In this document: piece after piece, positions 18,690 to 29,114 of the stretch | Numbering within the stretch: position 1 is the stretch's first letter | Layout of the letters: each line of letters opens with the position of its first letter | Assembly (NCBI GenBank): GCA_030628945.1 | Contig: DAOVPY010000001.1 | Location: 51,302 to 115,301 of the forward strand | Length of the DNA stretch: 64,000 nt | Reading direction: 5' to 3' | DNA from: Candidatus Nealsonbacteria bacterium | GTDB lineage: Bacteria > Patescibacteriota > Minisyncoccia > Minisyncoccales > DAOVPY01 | The notes under the pieces: model-generated | Seen by the model: only the letters and a program-made list of their open reading frames with translations | Told to the model about the DNA's origin: nothing | Databases searched by the model: none | Program-made: the position numbers and the translations under genes

Positions 18690-20843
18690 ATGGAAAATAA
18701 AATTACAAAAATTTATCTACAGAAACCCCGCCTCCAAATTGGGGGCGGGGTTAGGCAAGTGAAAAAAAGGGACAACAGCATTGTTGATTTTCATTTGGAA
18801 AAAATCACCAAAGCGATTTTCAAAGCCCTGACCGCTACTGGCCAGGGCGATGGACAACGTTCTAAAAAGATTTCAAATAAAGTAAATGAAATTTTAAATA
18901 GACGGTTCAAGAAAAATGAAATCCCTCAGGTAGAGCAGGTTCAGGATATTGTTGAAGAAGTTTTAATTTTAGAAAACCTGGTTGAAACCGCCAAAGCGTA
19001 TATTTTATACCGCGAACAAAGGAGAAAAATTAGAGAGGCGACTATGGCTGCTGAGAAAGCAGTGGACAGGATTGACCAGTATTTAGAAAAACTTGACTGG
19101 GAGGTTAAAGAGAACGCTAATATGGCTTTTTCTTTACAAGGGCTTAACCACTATGGCGTTTCTTATATTGTAAAAAAATATTGGCTGAACAAAATTTATC
19201 CCAAGGAAATCAGAGACGCGAATGAATCCGGAGATTTTCATTTGCATAATTTAGACGCTTTGAGCTGTTACTGCATGGGCTGGGATTTGTACGACCTTTT
19301 ATTGAAGGGGTTTGGCGGGGTGCAGGGGAAAATAGAAACAAAACCGGCAAAACATTTGAGAGCGATTTTAGGCCAAACAGTAAATTTTTTATATACGCTC
19401 CAGGGAGAGTGCGCTGGCGCTGTCGCTTTTTCTAATTTTGACACTCTTCTGGCTCCGTTTGTCCGTTATGACAACTTAAATTACAAGCAGGTAAAACAGG
19501 GCCTTCAGGAATTTTTATTTAATATGGCAGTGCCCACGCGGGTGGGTTTTCAATGTCCTTTTTCAAATCTTACGTTAGACCTTAAACCTTCGCCGGCTTT
19601 TGCTAAGCAGCCGGTGATTATCGGCGGCAAGCCCCAAAAAGAAACCTATGGAGAATTTGAAGAGGAAATGAAGCTCTTTGATAAAGCGCTTTATGAAGTA
19701 ATGCTTGAAGGAGATAAATTCGGACGGCCTTTTCATTTTCCAATTCCCACTATTAATATAACTAAAGATTTTCCATGGGACGAGCCGGCTTTTGACGGAA
19801 TTTTTGAGGCCTCGGCAAAATACGGCACGAATTACTTCGCAAATTATATCAATTCAGAAATGAAGCCGGAAGACGTGAAATCAATGTGTTGCCGATTGAG
19901 ATTAAATCTCAAGGAACTTTACAACCGCGGCGGCGGCGGGTTGTTTGGCTCGGGGTCGCTTACCGGAAGTATCGGCGTGGTTACCATTAATATGCCGCGA
20001 ATTGGTTATGTTTCCAAAACCAAAAAAGAATTTTTTGAACGGTTGGGAAAAATGATGGACCTGGCAAAAGAAAGTTTGGAAATAAAAAGAAAGACCATTG
20101 AAAATTTTATCTCCAAAGGTTTATACCCTTACTCGCGATTTTATTTATCAGGAATTAAGAAAGCCCGAAACGCTTATTTCGCAAACCACTTTTCAACTAT
20201 TGGCTTGGTAGGGCTCAACGAAGCGCTTTTGAATTTTATCAACGAGAATATCGGGTCGCGGAAAGGAAGAAGATTTAGTTTGGAAGTAATGGATTTTATG
20301 AGAGAAAAATTACTTCAGTATCAGACAGAAACCGACAATATCTATAATTTAGAAGCCACGCCGGCCGAGAGCACTGCTTTCCGTTTAGCTCAAAAAGATA
20401 GAGAAAAATATCCGGATATTATAGCGGCCGGAACAAAGAAAACGCCCTATTACACCAATAGCTCGCAGTTGCCTGTGAACTATACCGCTGATATTTTTGG
20501 AGCGTTGAAAATTCAAGACGAGCTGCAATGCCGTTATACCGGAGGAACCGTGGAACATCTTTTTTTAGGGGAAAGAATTTCTGATATTTCAACAGTGAAA
20601 AATTTAATTAAAAAAGTTTTTGAAAAATTTCATTTGCCTTATATTACCCTCACCCCCACTTTTTCAATTTGTCCGATTCACGGTTATCTAAGCGGAGAAC
20701 ATTTTGAGTGTCCGAAATGCACCATCAAACAGCCCTGCGAGGTTTATTCAAGAATAGTGGGATATTATAGGCCCGTGACTCAGTACAATGTTGGCAAACA
20801 ACAAGAATTCAAGGAAAGAAAAGAATTCAAAATCAAACAATAA
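18690..20843 (+). CDS. nrdD: Anaerobic ribonucleoside-triphosphate reductase (class III RNR)
   Basis: N-terminal ATP-cone (VKKRDNSIVDFHLEKITKAI). C-terminal CxxC...CPKC zinc site and glycyl-radical motif RIVGYYRPV. The true start may be GTG at 18759 (see findings). Confidence 0.9.
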   Translation: MENKITKIYLQKPRLQIGGGVRQVKKRDNSIVDFHLEKITKAIFKALTATGQGDGQRSKKISNKVNEILNRRFKKNEIPQVEQVQDIVEEVLILENLVETAKAYILYREQRRKIREATMAAEKAVDRIDQYLEKLDWEVKENANMAFSLQGLNHYGVSYIVKKYWLNKIYPKEIRDANESGDFHLHNLDALSCYCMGWDLYDLLLKGFGGVQGKIETKPAKHLRAILGQTVNFLYTLQGECAGAVAFSNFDTLLAPFVRYDNLNYKQVKQGLQEFLFNMAVPTRVGFQCPFSNLTLDLKPSPAFAKQPVIIGGKPQKETYGEFEEEMKLFDKALYEVMLEGDKFGRPFHFPIPTINITKDFPWDEPAFDGIFEASAKYGTNYFANYINSEMKPEDVKSMCCRLRLNLKELYNRGGGGLFGSGSLTGSIGVVTINMPRIGYVSKTKKEFFERLGKMMDLAKESLEIKRKTIENFISKGLYPYSRFYLSGIKKARNAYFANHFSTIGLVGLNEALLNFINENIGSRKGRRFSLEVMDFMREKLLQYQTETDNIYNLEATPAESTAFRLAQKDREKYPDIIAAGTKKTPYYTNSSQLPVNYTADIFGALKIQDELQCRYTGGTVEHLFLGERISDISTVKNLIKKVFEKFHLPYITLTPTFSICPIHGYLSGEHFECPKCTIKQPCEVYSRIVGYYRPVTQYNVGKQQEFKERKEFKIKQ

Positions 20844-20878
20844 TCCCTCCCCAAATTTTGGCGAGGGATTAATAATCA

Positions 20879-21577
20879 ATGATTAATATCGGTGGCTTGC
20901 AAAAACTTACTTTAATAGATTATCCTGGTCATATCGCGGCCACTGTTTTTTTAATTGGCTGCAATTTTCGCTGCCCGTTTTGCTATAATCCGGAGCTGGT
21001 TTTGCCAAAAAAAATTAAAAAACATCCGGTAATCTCGGAAAAAGAATTTTTTGATTTTTTGAAAGAGAGACAGGGATTGCTTGAAGGCGTGGTTTTATGC
21101 GGGGGAGAGCCGTGTATCTCTGATAGTTTGCCTCAATTTTGCAAAAAGATTAAAAGTTTAGGATATTTAGTGAAATTAGACACTAATGGGTCGCGCCCAA
21201 AGATGCTTAAAAAATTATTTTCCGCTCATTTAGTTGACTATGTTGCAATGGACATTAAGTCGCCAAAAGAAAAATATAATAAAGCCGCGGGGGTGAAGGT
21301 TAATTTTGGGGATATTAAAAAAAGTGTTGAAATTTTGAAGAACTCTGCGGTTGAATATGAGTTCAGGACAACGGTGGTTCCGGGAATTCATACCAAGGAG
21401 GACATTATTCAAATTGCCAGAGAAATATCTCCCGCTAAAAAGTATTTTTTGCAAAATTTTCAGCCCAAAAAAACCATTGACCTGAAATTTGAGAAAATAA
21501 AGCCATATTCTGAAGAATATATTTTAGAAATCCAAAAAGCCGCAGCCCCATTTTTTGACATCTGCGAAATCAGATAA
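20879..21577 (+). CDS. nrdG: Anaerobic RNR-activating protein (radical SAM)
   Basis: CNFRCPFCYN CxxxCxxC motif; located immediately downstream of nrdD. Confidence 0.85.
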   Translation: MINIGGLQKLTLIDYPGHIAATVFLIGCNFRCPFCYNPELVLPKKIKKHPVISEKEFFDFLKERQGLLEGVVLCGGEPCISDSLPQFCKKIKSLGYLVKLDTNGSRPKMLKKLFSAHLVDYVAMDIKSPKEKYNKAAGVKVNFGDIKKSVEILKNSAVEYEFRTTVVPGIHTKEDIIQIAREISPAKKYFLQNFQPKKTIDLKFEKIKPYSEEYILEIQKAAAPFFDICEIR

Positions 21578-21632
21578 TAACTGAACTTCAACGGATTTGA
21601 CGGATTTGATAGATTTTTAAATCAAAATAAGA

Positions 21633-21674
21633 ATCCATTACAAATTAATCCGATCGGATTACTTTGTAATGGAT
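21633..21674. repeat. 42-bp perfect palindrome ATCCATTACAAATTAATCCGATCGGATTA(C)TTTGTAATGGAT (family copy 1)
   Basis: Direct read. The outer 12-bp arms ATCCATTACAAA/TTTGTAATGGAT are shared with the copies at 24485 and 25248. Confidence 0.85.
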
Positions 21675-21703
21675 AAAACAGAATTGAAAAAATATCCAAA
21701 AAC

Positions 21704-21742
21704 AAATCCCGCCCCCTCCTTTAGAGGAGGGGGCGGGATTTC
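21704..21742. terminator. Bidirectional rho-independent terminator (nrdG / groEL convergent)
   Basis: AAATCCCGCCCCCTCC-TTTA-GAGGAGGGGGCGGGATTT: a 16-bp GC-rich perfect stem with A/T tracts on both sides. Confidence 0.8.
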
Positions 21743-21767
21743 AAATACTCGGTTTTTTCCACGGCTC

Positions 21768-23420
<1,653 letters not shown>

Positions 23421-23711
23421 TTATTCTAAAATCGCCAGGATATCTTCTTCCTTGGCAATCAGATATTCTTTGTCCTGAATTTTTATCTCGTTTGGTCCGT
23501 ACTTGGTGAAAAGAACCTTGTCTCCTTGTTTTACGTCAACAGGGATTATTTTGCCTTCCTCTGTTTTTCTGCCCGGACCCACGGCAATAACTTTGCCTTG
23601 TTCCGGTCTTTCCTTTTCCGCTGTTTCCGGCAAAAGAATGCCGGTTTTTGTTTTTTCTTCTTCTTTAATCGCTTCAATGAGAATATGGTCTGACAATGGT
23701 TTTATTTTCAT
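23421..23711 (-). CDS. groS: Co-chaperonin GroES (Cpn10)
   Basis: MKIKPLSDHILIE...GKVIAVGPG... in a 96-aa protein. Confidence 0.95.
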   Translation of the reverse strand: MKIKPLSDHILIEAIKEEEKTKTGILLPETAEKERPEQGKVIAVGPGRKTEEGKIIPVDVKQGDKVLFTKYGPNEIKIQDKEYLIAKEEDILAILE

Positions 23712-23736
23712 AATGCTTATTTTCTTTTTTTCAAAA

Positions 23737-23807
23737 ATCGACCTTTCCCCTGTTAAATAATTTTCCTTTTAGGAAAATTCCTGCTCGCCTTAAGCGAGCA
23801 TGGTTTA
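23737..23807. repeat. Small palindromic element with CCCTGTTAAA / TTTAACAGGGTGAA termini and two internal hairpins (family copy 2)
   Basis: CCCCTGTTAAATaa-ttttccttttaggaaaatt-cctgctcgccttaagcgagcatg-GTTTAACAGGGTGAA, upstream of groES. Confidence 0.75.
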
Positions 23808-23881
23808 ACAGGGTGAATTTTTGTTTCTATCTCTTAGTATTAAAAATAAAAACAAATTTGTCAATCCCGTCCCCCAAAAAC

Positions 23882-23912
23882 TTGACAAAGTTTCAAAAAT
23901 TTGTTTAAATAT
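23882..23912 (+). promoter_or_regulatory. Putative sigma-70 promoter for the lipoprotein gene
   Basis: TTGACA - 17 nt - TTAAAT/TATATT; AGGAGGTG SD 13 nt before the ATG at 23981. Confidence 0.4.
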
Positions 23913-23980
23913 ATTATCACAACAAAGGAAGGATTGTGAATAAAGCATATTAAAAAAATGAGGAGGTGAAAAGAAAAGAA

Positions 23981-24343
23981 ATGAAAAAAATTGCGGCAAT
24001 ATTAATGGTGGCGCTTGCAGCAATTGTGATAAGCATGGGGTGTGGATGTATAGAGTCGAATGAACCGGAAATTACAAGAAAGACCATCTATCCTGGAACA
24101 GTACTCTCAATAGAGCCGTATGGGCTGTCAGCGACGACAGAGGTGCGATATATGGGAATTGAAAATAATGCAATAATGTTTGCAGAAATACACACTGCCA
24201 AGAGAATACGCAACCATTTTGAGTATAGCTTTAATTACACCCATGGAATGACCTGCGTGGTTGGCGACCACGGATATATGCTATCAAATATAACTGTTGA
24301 AGATGTTAATAAAAGTATTATATCCTACGACCATTGGGACTAA
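23981..24343 (+). CDS. Hypothetical lipoprotein
   Basis: Signal peptide plus lipobox (AAIVISMGC). The ORF-track GTG start at 23966 is replaced by the ATG at 23981 behind a strong SD. Confidence 0.4.
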   Translation: MKKIAAILMVALAAIVISMGCGCIESNEPEITRKTIYPGTVLSIEPYGLSATTEVRYMGIENNAIMFAEIHTAKRIRNHFEYSFNYTHGMTCVVGDHGYMLSNITVEDVNKSIISYDHWD

Positions 24344-24408
24344 TATAGAAATAAAGGCGATGAGAACTAAAATTCATCGTCTTTTTATTTTTTTCCGTTA
24401 TGCAATTA

Positions 24409-24456
24409 AGGCGTTTTGCTTATGCAGTTTTGTCTGTGCAAACAAAACGCCTTTTA
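24409..24456 (+). terminator. Putative rho-independent terminator
   Basis: GGCGTTTTG...CAAAACGCC stem followed by TTTTAAATT. Confidence 0.45.
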
Positions 24457-24484
24457 AATTAAAATAAGAATCAACATTGTTTTT

Positions 24485-24528
24485 AATCCATTACAAAATC
24501 GGACGATCGTCCGATTTTGTAATGGATT
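24485..24528. repeat. 44-bp perfect palindrome AATCCATTACAAAATCGGACGATCGTCCGATTTTGTAATGGATT (family copy 2)
   Basis: Direct read. Same outer arms as 21633 and 25248; the centre differs but stays palindromic (compensatory changes). Confidence 0.85.
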
Positions 24529-24588
24529 GTATTTTATGTTATTCTCTATATTAGAGTTAGAGAGTTAGAAATGTAATGTTTTGTTAAT

Positions 24589-25209
24589 ATGAAAAAAACA
24601 AAAAATTCAAAATACCTTTTTCAAAAAAGGAAAGCAAGTTTTACTAAAAAACTTTTTGAAAAAGGTTTAACCGCGACAAGTTATATATTGTTTGCGATTA
24701 AAGATTTTAGCGATAGTTTTCCTCAAGATTTGTTAAACGAACTTCCTAATTGTTATCCCGGATTTAAGTTTTTAAAAGATATGTTTGGCTGTAATTCTAA
24801 AAAAGAATTCAAGAAAGATACTATTAGAGTAAATATTTTCCGACTTAAAAAACAAGGTCTTATAACCGAAGCTGAAAATAAAAAATTTTGTCTCACCGCT
24901 AAAGGAGAGGAAATGGTCGCTTATATTAAGGACAGATATTCTATTTTAGAAAAACCCTGGGACAAAAAAATCAGGTTGGTTGTTTTTGATATTCCAGAGA
25001 GGGAAAAATATTTTAGGAGATGGCTTCGCGGAGAATTAGGATTATTATTGTTTAAACAACTTCAAAAAAGCGTTTATATCGGAAAATATCCAATTCCCGA
25101 TGATCTTTATCAAGATTTAATTAAAAACAATCTTTTTCAAAATGTGCATATTTTTACCATTAACGAGGCGGATAAACAGGAAGAATTGATGAAGTTATTA
25201 GAGAAGTAG
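24589..25209 (+). CDS. Putative transcriptional regulator: N-terminal winged HTH plus C-terminal Cas2-like/PaaX-C-like domain
   Basis: wHTH segment TIRVNIFRLKKQGLITEAENKKFCLTAKGEEMVAYI. The C-terminal segment IRLVVFDIPEREKYFRRWLRGELGLLLFKQLQKSVYIG aligns by pattern with the Cas2 N-terminus ([30 protein letters not shown]). Confidence 0.4.
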   Translation: MKKTKNSKYLFQKRKASFTKKLFEKGLTATSYILFAIKDFSDSFPQDLLNELPNCYPGFKFLKDMFGCNSKKEFKKDTIRVNIFRLKKQGLITEAENKKFCLTAKGEEMVAYIKDRYSILEKPWDKKIRLVVFDIPEREKYFRRWLRGELGLLLFKQLQKSVYIGKYPIPDDLYQDLIKNNLFQNVHIFTINEADKQEELMKLLEK

Positions 25210-25247
25210 ATCAGAGGGATAGGTTAGAGAAATAGATTAGAATTACT

Positions 25248-25291
25248 CATCCATTACAAACTAATCCGATCGGATTAGTTTGTAATGGATG
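25248..25291. repeat. 44-bp perfect palindrome CATCCATTACAAACTAATCCGATCGGATTAGTTTGTAATGGATG (family copy 3)
   Basis: Direct read. Confidence 0.85.
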
Positions 25292-25387
25292 TTGGTTGTT
25301 AGTTTAGAAGTTGACAATTTTTTTTTTTAGATTTGTAATATGGAAATAATAATCGGGATTGACCCCCGCGCCTAATTAGGTGTGGGG

Positions 25388-25416
25388 GTTGACATATTTT
25401 TTGGGGTTTGTAAGAT
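25388..25416 (+). promoter_or_regulatory. Putative promoter (TTGACA-16-TAAGAT) giving a near-leaderless transcript; duplicated at 26175-26205
   Basis: TTGACAtattttttggggtttgTAAGATagaaaagtATG; the identical block precedes the paralog at 26210. Confidence 0.4.
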
Positions 25417-25424
25417 AGAAAAGT

Positions 25425-26102
25425 ATGACAAAGAAAAAAATTGGAGTTATTTTAGTAGTTGTTGGTTTTATCTTCATTATTGGAGGATTTTTTTGGTGGC
25501 AGCAAGATAAGATAGAAAGATTTTTGGAAAGTAAAAAAATAGAAAAAATGGTTGCGCCGTCTAAAGATTATAATGTAATAGAGAATTCCGGCGAAAAATT
25601 TCTTATTAATAAAAAGGATGAATTTAAAATAAAAATTCCTATAGGATGGGAGATTGAATTAGGAGACGATATGGAAATATTAAAATCAGACAGAGAGGTA
25701 ACCTTGTATTCAGAAGATTTCAGTTATCGTCCACCACAAGGATGTTTAATAAGAATACAAATTAATCGACTTCAAAAAACATGGATAGAAGAATACGGTG
25801 TAGATTTTGTAATGTATCCTTTTGAGGGAGCAGAAGAAATTAAAGAAATGATAAATTCTTATAAAGAAATTGCGTCGAAAGAAAAAGAGATAATACAAGA
25901 AAGAGGCGCCGAAATAATTTTAGTAGGTCAAAAGGAAGCCTTATGGGAACAGGAAGCTATTGGGTTAGGAGAAGTTATCGGAAAATATATTACTATTAAA
26001 GTTCCAACTGAAAATAAAGTGTATATTTTTAGAAATACGCAATTTTCTGAACGGTGCGATGAAGAATTGGAGAATTTTTTAGAAACAATTTCAATTGAAT
26101 AA
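25425..26102 (+). CDS. Hypothetical N-terminally membrane-anchored protein (paralog A)
   Basis: MTKKKIGVILVVVGFIFIIGGFFWW anchor; paralogous to 26210..26797, with shared N-terminus and C-terminal ...CxEEF(D/E)xFLxxISxE. Confidence 0.4.
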   Translation: MTKKKIGVILVVVGFIFIIGGFFWWQQDKIERFLESKKIEKMVAPSKDYNVIENSGEKFLINKKDEFKIKIPIGWEIELGDDMEILKSDREVTLYSEDFSYRPPQGCLIRIQINRLQKTWIEEYGVDFVMYPFEGAEEIKEMINSYKEIASKEKEIIQERGAEIILVGQKEALWEQEAIGLGEVIGKYITIKVPTENKVYIFRNTQFSERCDEELENFLETISIE

Positions 26103-26209
26103 TTAGCACTAGTCGGCATCAAACACAGACAGACGCAGAGTTTCCCTCAAGATTATTTTTCCTTAAAGGAATTTGACATATTTTTTTTGGATTTGTAAGA
26201 TAGAAAAGT

Positions 26210-26797
26210 ATGACAAAGAAAAAAATTATTATTTTAACAATTGTTATTTTAGCTGTCGCTGTCGGCGGAGTTTTTTATTGGTACTTGAACAGGGAAATTA
26301 AAGGAAGTCCGGATGATTATACTATTGAAGAAACCGAAACCGGAAAAATTGTCAAAAATGAGAGAGCCGGGTTGACAGTGAGAATACCCGAGGGCTGGAT
26401 AGAAGAAAAAATGGATATTATGGAAGGCTCAATGGTCTTTTATAGCTCAGATGCAGAAGGTTATAGACCAGAGAAAATAAAACCACCATTGAAACAAGGT
26501 TGTATAATTGAAGTAGCGATAGCTTACAAAAAAACCAACTTTAAGGAGATAAAAAAAGAGATAGAAGAAGCGCATAAATCATTAGGGATGAAATCTGATG
26601 AGTTTGAGATAATAGAGGTGGATGGAAAACCTGCTTTGAAAAATATTTTTAATTCTGTAGATTTGGGGTATTCTGTTGAAATATATATTCCCAATAGAGA
26701 TTTATTATGTGGATTAAGGATTTCTGCCGGACCTGAATATATAAAACAATGTTCTCAAGAATTTGATAAATTTTTGAAAAATATATCAGTTGAGTGA
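26210..26797 (+). CDS. Hypothetical N-terminally membrane-anchored protein (paralog B)
   Basis: MTKKKIIILTIVILAVAVGGVFYWY anchor; the 5' leader is identical to paralog A. Confidence 0.4.
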   Translation: MTKKKIIILTIVILAVAVGGVFYWYLNREIKGSPDDYTIEETETGKIVKNERAGLTVRIPEGWIEEKMDIMEGSMVFYSSDAEGYRPEKIKPPLKQGCIIEVAIAYKKTNFKEIKKEIEEAHKSLGMKSDEFEIIEVDGKPALKNIFNSVDLGYSVEIYIPNRDLLCGLRISAGPEYIKQCSQEFDKFLKNISVE

Positions 26798-26825
26798 TTA
26801 AATAAAGGAGGGAGTTTTTCTTTTT

Positions 26826-29114
26826 ATGAATAAAGTAGTGGATATCCCATTTTTTTATATTTTTCTGCTAACAATGTTTTTGGCAGGTTTTTTAATGTCT
26901 TGTCAAATCTGTAAAGCTGAAGTTGAACTTGAACAAAAAGAAGCTGATAGGTTGCTTCATTCAATTCAACAGGGGCTAATAGATGAGTGGATAGACCTTA
27001 CTGCTTCGCTTAATTTTTCTGAGCCGGAAAAACAGGCAGATTTATTTTTAATCAGGAACGCTATCCAGCAAAAAGAATTAAATTACACTTTTAAGGAACT
27101 GCCCAAAGAATATTTAAAAAAACTGGTTAAAATAGGGATTTTGTTGGTTTTAGCGCCTGACGGAAGACTTATCTTAGAGGAATTGGAAAAAGAAAGTGTT
27201 AAAGAAGCAAAAAAAATTGCGCAAGATTGGCTTTTACAAAAGGAAATAAAAACCAGCAGCGGCAAATTAAAATATAATTTTACTTCTTACAAAAATAATA
27301 ACCAAGAAGCGCTTTTTTATTATAATTTGGCATATCATCCATTAGATAATGAATATGGAAAATTGATAATTGAATTTTATTCGCCAGAGGAAATTGAACC
27401 TAAAAAATCTACAGGAAATGTTTTATGGTTAAACGCTGCTTGTTGGGAGTTCAATGAATGGAAAAAACAGGGCAATGAGAAATTAAAGCCCTTTATAATG
27501 CGGGTTAAAGGCGAAATCAGTAAAACCCAATCTCGCTATAAATGGGAGAGAAATTTAGGTATTGAGATTATTTATAATGAATCAATGCCAAAATTTCCCA
27601 AAGAAGAAAAACCAGTCGGGTTTTTAGGAAAAATCAAAATAAGCGTTAAGAAAGAATTATTGAAAATCGTTCAAGAATATAAAGATATTTTTGACATTTT
27701 TACTCAAATTAAAGAAAAATTGCCCAAAATTAATCTTTTTAGCGCTGGATTGGTGGAGCAAAGTTTGGTAGAGGAGGCGACAGAAAAAGTTGGCAGAGAG
27801 CAGGTCTCTGCCGATTCAGCGGAGGTAGAGCCGGAACCGGAAATAGATTTAGAGGAAGTTGGCAGAGAACAGGTCTCTGCCGATTCAGAGGAGGTTGATG
27901 TGGTTCAATCAGATGAATCAAATGAATCGGTTGAATCGAACATATCAGAGGAATCAGTCCAATTAGAGGAATTGGTCCAATCAGAGGAAGCGGATTTGTC
28001 AGACGAATTGGGCGAATCAGACGAATCACACGAATCAGAGCCGGAGCCGGAGCCGCAAGCGCAACCAGAGCCGGAGCCGGAGCCAGCGCCCGCAGCAGAA
28101 TCAGAACCAGAATTATGCAAAGGTGTTTTTGCCAATCCAAAAATGTTCAGGGTTCTTATCAACGAGGTAGCATGGATGGGCAGTAAAAATTCCAGCAATG
28201 ATGAATATATTGAACTTAAAAATATCTGGGGAATTCCAGTTCATTTAGACGGCTGGCAATTATTGGACAAGAACCAGCAGATAAAAATAATTTTCAACAA
28301 AGACGATGTTATTCCCGCAAACGAATTTTATCTTTTGGAGCGGACAGACGATGACACAGTACCGGGTATTGAGGCAAATAAAATTTATACCGGAGCCCTT
28401 AATAATACTGATGAGGCGCTTTATCTTTTAGACAATAATTGTCAATTGGAAGATATGGTAACAGCTAATCCCGAGTGGCCTGCTGGCGATAATTCCACAA
28501 AGAAAACAATGGAGAGATTTGATGTTTTTTATTGGTACACTTTTCAAGGTTCCAGTCAGAATGGGATTTGGGGAACTCCGGGTAGGGAAAATAGTCCGGC
28601 GCCTCCTATTTATACTCGCAGCGCCGCGCCAGTTCTGTTGGCGCAGGAATCTGCGTTGCCTAAAATTTTGATTACCGAAGTCCAGGTTGAAGGCCAAACC
28701 TCAAAAGATGAGTTTATTGAACTTTACAATCCAAACAATGAAAGTGTTGATTTAACAAATTGGTATGTCCAGAGAAAAACAAAAAACGGCAAAATTAATT
28801 CTTACGCTCCAAATACCCTATTTTCCGGAAAAACAATTAAAGCAAAAAATTATTTTCTGATTGCTAACGCTTCTTCCACTTTTGCGACATCTGCGGATAT
28901 TGCCACTACTTATTCTCTAACTAAAAACAATACCCTGATTTTGAAAAATTCAGATAGAGAAATTGTTGACAAAGTTGGCTGGGGTCAAGCCCAGGATTTT
29001 GAAACCGCTGCCACAACCAATCCTTGCGCCGGAGAAAGCATTGGCAGAAAATGGGCCACAACAACGCAGGAATATCAGGACACAGACAATAATTCTCTTG
29101 ATTTTGAAATTTAG
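26826..29114 (+). CDS. Secreted surface protein with acidic low-complexity region and two lamin-tail (LTD) domains; N-terminal part of a longer reading frame ended by an in-frame TAG
   Basis: Signal/TM at the N-terminus. Acidic EPEPEP/SDES repeats. LTD signatures (VLINEVAWMGS...EYIELKNIWGIPVHLDGWQLLD; ILITEVQVEGQTSKDEFIELYNPNNESVDLTNWYV). It ends NNSLDFEI-TAG. Confidence 0.6.
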   Translation: MNKVVDIPFFYIFLLTMFLAGFLMSCQICKAEVELEQKEADRLLHSIQQGLIDEWIDLTASLNFSEPEKQADLFLIRNAIQQKELNYTFKELPKEYLKKLVKIGILLVLAPDGRLILEELEKESVKEAKKIAQDWLLQKEIKTSSGKLKYNFTSYKNNNQEALFYYNLAYHPLDNEYGKLIIEFYSPEEIEPKKSTGNVLWLNAACWEFNEWKKQGNEKLKPFIMRVKGEISKTQSRYKWERNLGIEIIYNESMPKFPKEEKPVGFLGKIKISVKKELLKIVQEYKDIFDIFTQIKEKLPKINLFSAGLVEQSLVEEATEKVGREQVSADSAEVEPEPEIDLEEVGREQVSADSEEVDVVQSDESNESVESNISEESVQLEELVQSEEADLSDELGESDESHESEPEPEPQAQPEPEPEPAPAAESEPELCKGVFANPKMFRVLINEVAWMGSKNSSNDEYIELKNIWGIPVHLDGWQLLDKNQQIKIIFNKDDVIPANEFYLLERTDDDTVPGIEANKIYTGALNNTDEALYLLDNNCQLEDMVTANPEWPAGDNSTKKTMERFDVFYWYTFQGSSQNGIWGTPGRENSPAPPIYTRSAAPVLLAQESALPKILITEVQVEGQTSKDEFIELYNPNNESVDLTNWYVQRKTKNGKINSYAPNTLFSGKTIKAKNYFLIANASSTFATSADIATTYSLTKNNTLILKNSDREIVDKVGWGQAQDFETAATTNPCAGESIGRKWATTTQEYQDTDNNSLDFEI
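27789..27900. repeat. 69-nt in-frame tandem coding repeat (~1.6 copies), each containing the hairpin GGCAGAGA(A/G)CAGGTCTCTGCC
   Basis: VGREQVSADSAEVEPEPEIDLEE / VGREQVSADSEEVD. The hairpins at 27792-27812 and 27861-27881 are identical to the terminator stem at 5656-5676. Confidence 0.8.

Noticed and set aside
27739-28198. Antisense ORFs 27739-28140 and 27905-28198 rich in Pro/Leu or Ser/Gly/Asp repeats
   Set aside because: They are mirror images of the acidic EPEPEP/SDESDE coding repeats of the LTD protein on the + strand; this is a repeat artefact.
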